Shown here: piece after piece, positions 42,946 to 43,348 of the stretch
Position numbering within the stretch: the first letter of the stretch is position 1
How the letters are laid out: the number at the start of each line of letters is the position of its first letter
Source of the DNA: Pseudomonadales bacterium
GTDB taxonomy: Bacteria > Pseudomonadota > Gammaproteobacteria > Pseudomonadales > IMCC2047
Direction: 5' to 3'
Assembly: GCA_021736745.1 (NCBI GenBank)
Contig: JAIPFG010000002.1
Location: forward strand, 1 to 43,348
Length of the DNA: 43,348 nucleotides
Translations under genes and position numbers: made by a program
The notes under the pieces: model-generated
The model's input: the letters and a program-made list of their open reading frames with translations, nothing else
Database searches by the model: none
What the model was told of the DNA's origin: nothing

Positions 42946-43348
42946 CTGACATCAGTGTTTGTTGTAATAAGACTAACAAGAAGGATAACAACAGCATCAT
43001 CCATAAGCTGCCATAACTGACCAACATAGAAACCGACACATTTCCCCGTTTGCGGAGATTGTCGTTTGAACCGTTATAGCCTGAACGTCTTTTTTGAATA
43101 CCGTAGCGCGTCAATACGTAACAGCCCATTAGGATCATCAACAATTTTTTCCACAGACTGTTAAGATAATATTGACTGCCAAAAAGGTGGATTAACAATA
43201 AAACAATAATACTCACTGAAATGAATAGATGATATTTGCGAAAGACGGAGTAACCCGACCAAACTCGTTTACGCAAACTGGGCAATGATGACAACACTAT
43301 CATTATTAATAGCACAGCGGATGCTAATCCAGACAACATATACCAGGG
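42938..43348 (-). CDS. polytopic membrane protein, possibly a b-type heme (ferric-reductase-like) transmembrane domain, 5' partial
   Basis: The frame stays open upstream of Met at 43339 (..PWY-MLSG..) to the window edge. A His pair spaced H-x13-H sits within one helix (KYHLFISVSIIVLLLIH), as in FRD/Nox-type bis-heme domains. There is an 8-nt overlap with the cytochrome c3 start. Confidence 0.4.
   Translation of the reverse strand, partial: PWYMLSGLASAVLLIMIVLSSLPSLRKRVWSGYSVFRKYHLFISVSIIVLLLIHLFGSQYYLNSLWKKLLMILMGCYVLTRYGIQKRRSGYNGSNDNLRKRGNVSVSMLVSYGSLWMMLLLSFLLVLLQQTLMSDG

Noticed and set aside
1-43348. Search by eye for CRISPR-like spaced repeats, IS/transposase/integrase genes, tRNA or rRNA genes, and long direct or inverted repeats bounding an island
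   Set aside because: None recognised. All large ORFs have ordinary metabolic, envelope or regulatory identities. This visual scan cannot exclude small ncRNAs or diverged repeats. tRNAscan-SE, Infernal/Rfam and a self-dotplot would settle it.

Overview
Gene-dense chromosomal segment with about 38 credible CDSs. It is most likely from a Gammaproteobacterium: RlmJ, MlaA, a FetB/YbbM-type permease, a DUF2835-like protein and an NsrR with E. coli-like Cys spacing are all present. The taxon cannot be fixed without a database search. I recognised no rRNA, tRNA, CRISPR array, IS element, transposase, integrase or phage gene. Main blocks, left to right: (1) A GST fragment and pyrD. (2) An NO/nitrite module at 2.3-7.2 kb. 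It holds nsrR, a four-gene sNOR-like heme-copper operon (CuA subunit, subunit I lacking the helix-VI cross-link Tyr, SenC, membrane ORF) and a divergent NirC-type channel. (3) Housekeeping genes: mlaA, fpr, a second SCO, rlmJ, a fatty-acid hydroxylase, a HAD hydrolase. A 57-aa PEP-CTERM mini-ORF in this block is missing from the ORF track. (4) A nitrogen/glutamate block at 13.5-31 kb. It holds the giant NAD-GDH divergent from a fused 5-oxoprolinase, a MalT/LAL-type regulator, and a convergent set of TonB receptor, lipoprotein amidohydrolase, HDAC-like deacylase and NTF2-like protein. (5) A signal-peptide methyltransferase. (6) A translationally coupled six-gene MoxR/DUF58/DUF4381/vWA/vWA-TPR/BatD (Bat-like) operon. 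(7) A stand-alone LpxD paralog. (8) A FetB-like permease with no partner ATPase, preceded by a G9 tract and followed by two unknown genes. (9) A membrane-anchored tetraheme cytochrome c3 coupled to a His-x13-His membrane protein that runs off the right edge. The best candidates for under-described biology are the sNOR-like module, the LAL-linked uptake/deacylation locus, the Bat-like operon, the PEP-CTERM mini-protein and the terminal cytochrome pair. All functional calls come from reading the translations by eye. No searches were run.
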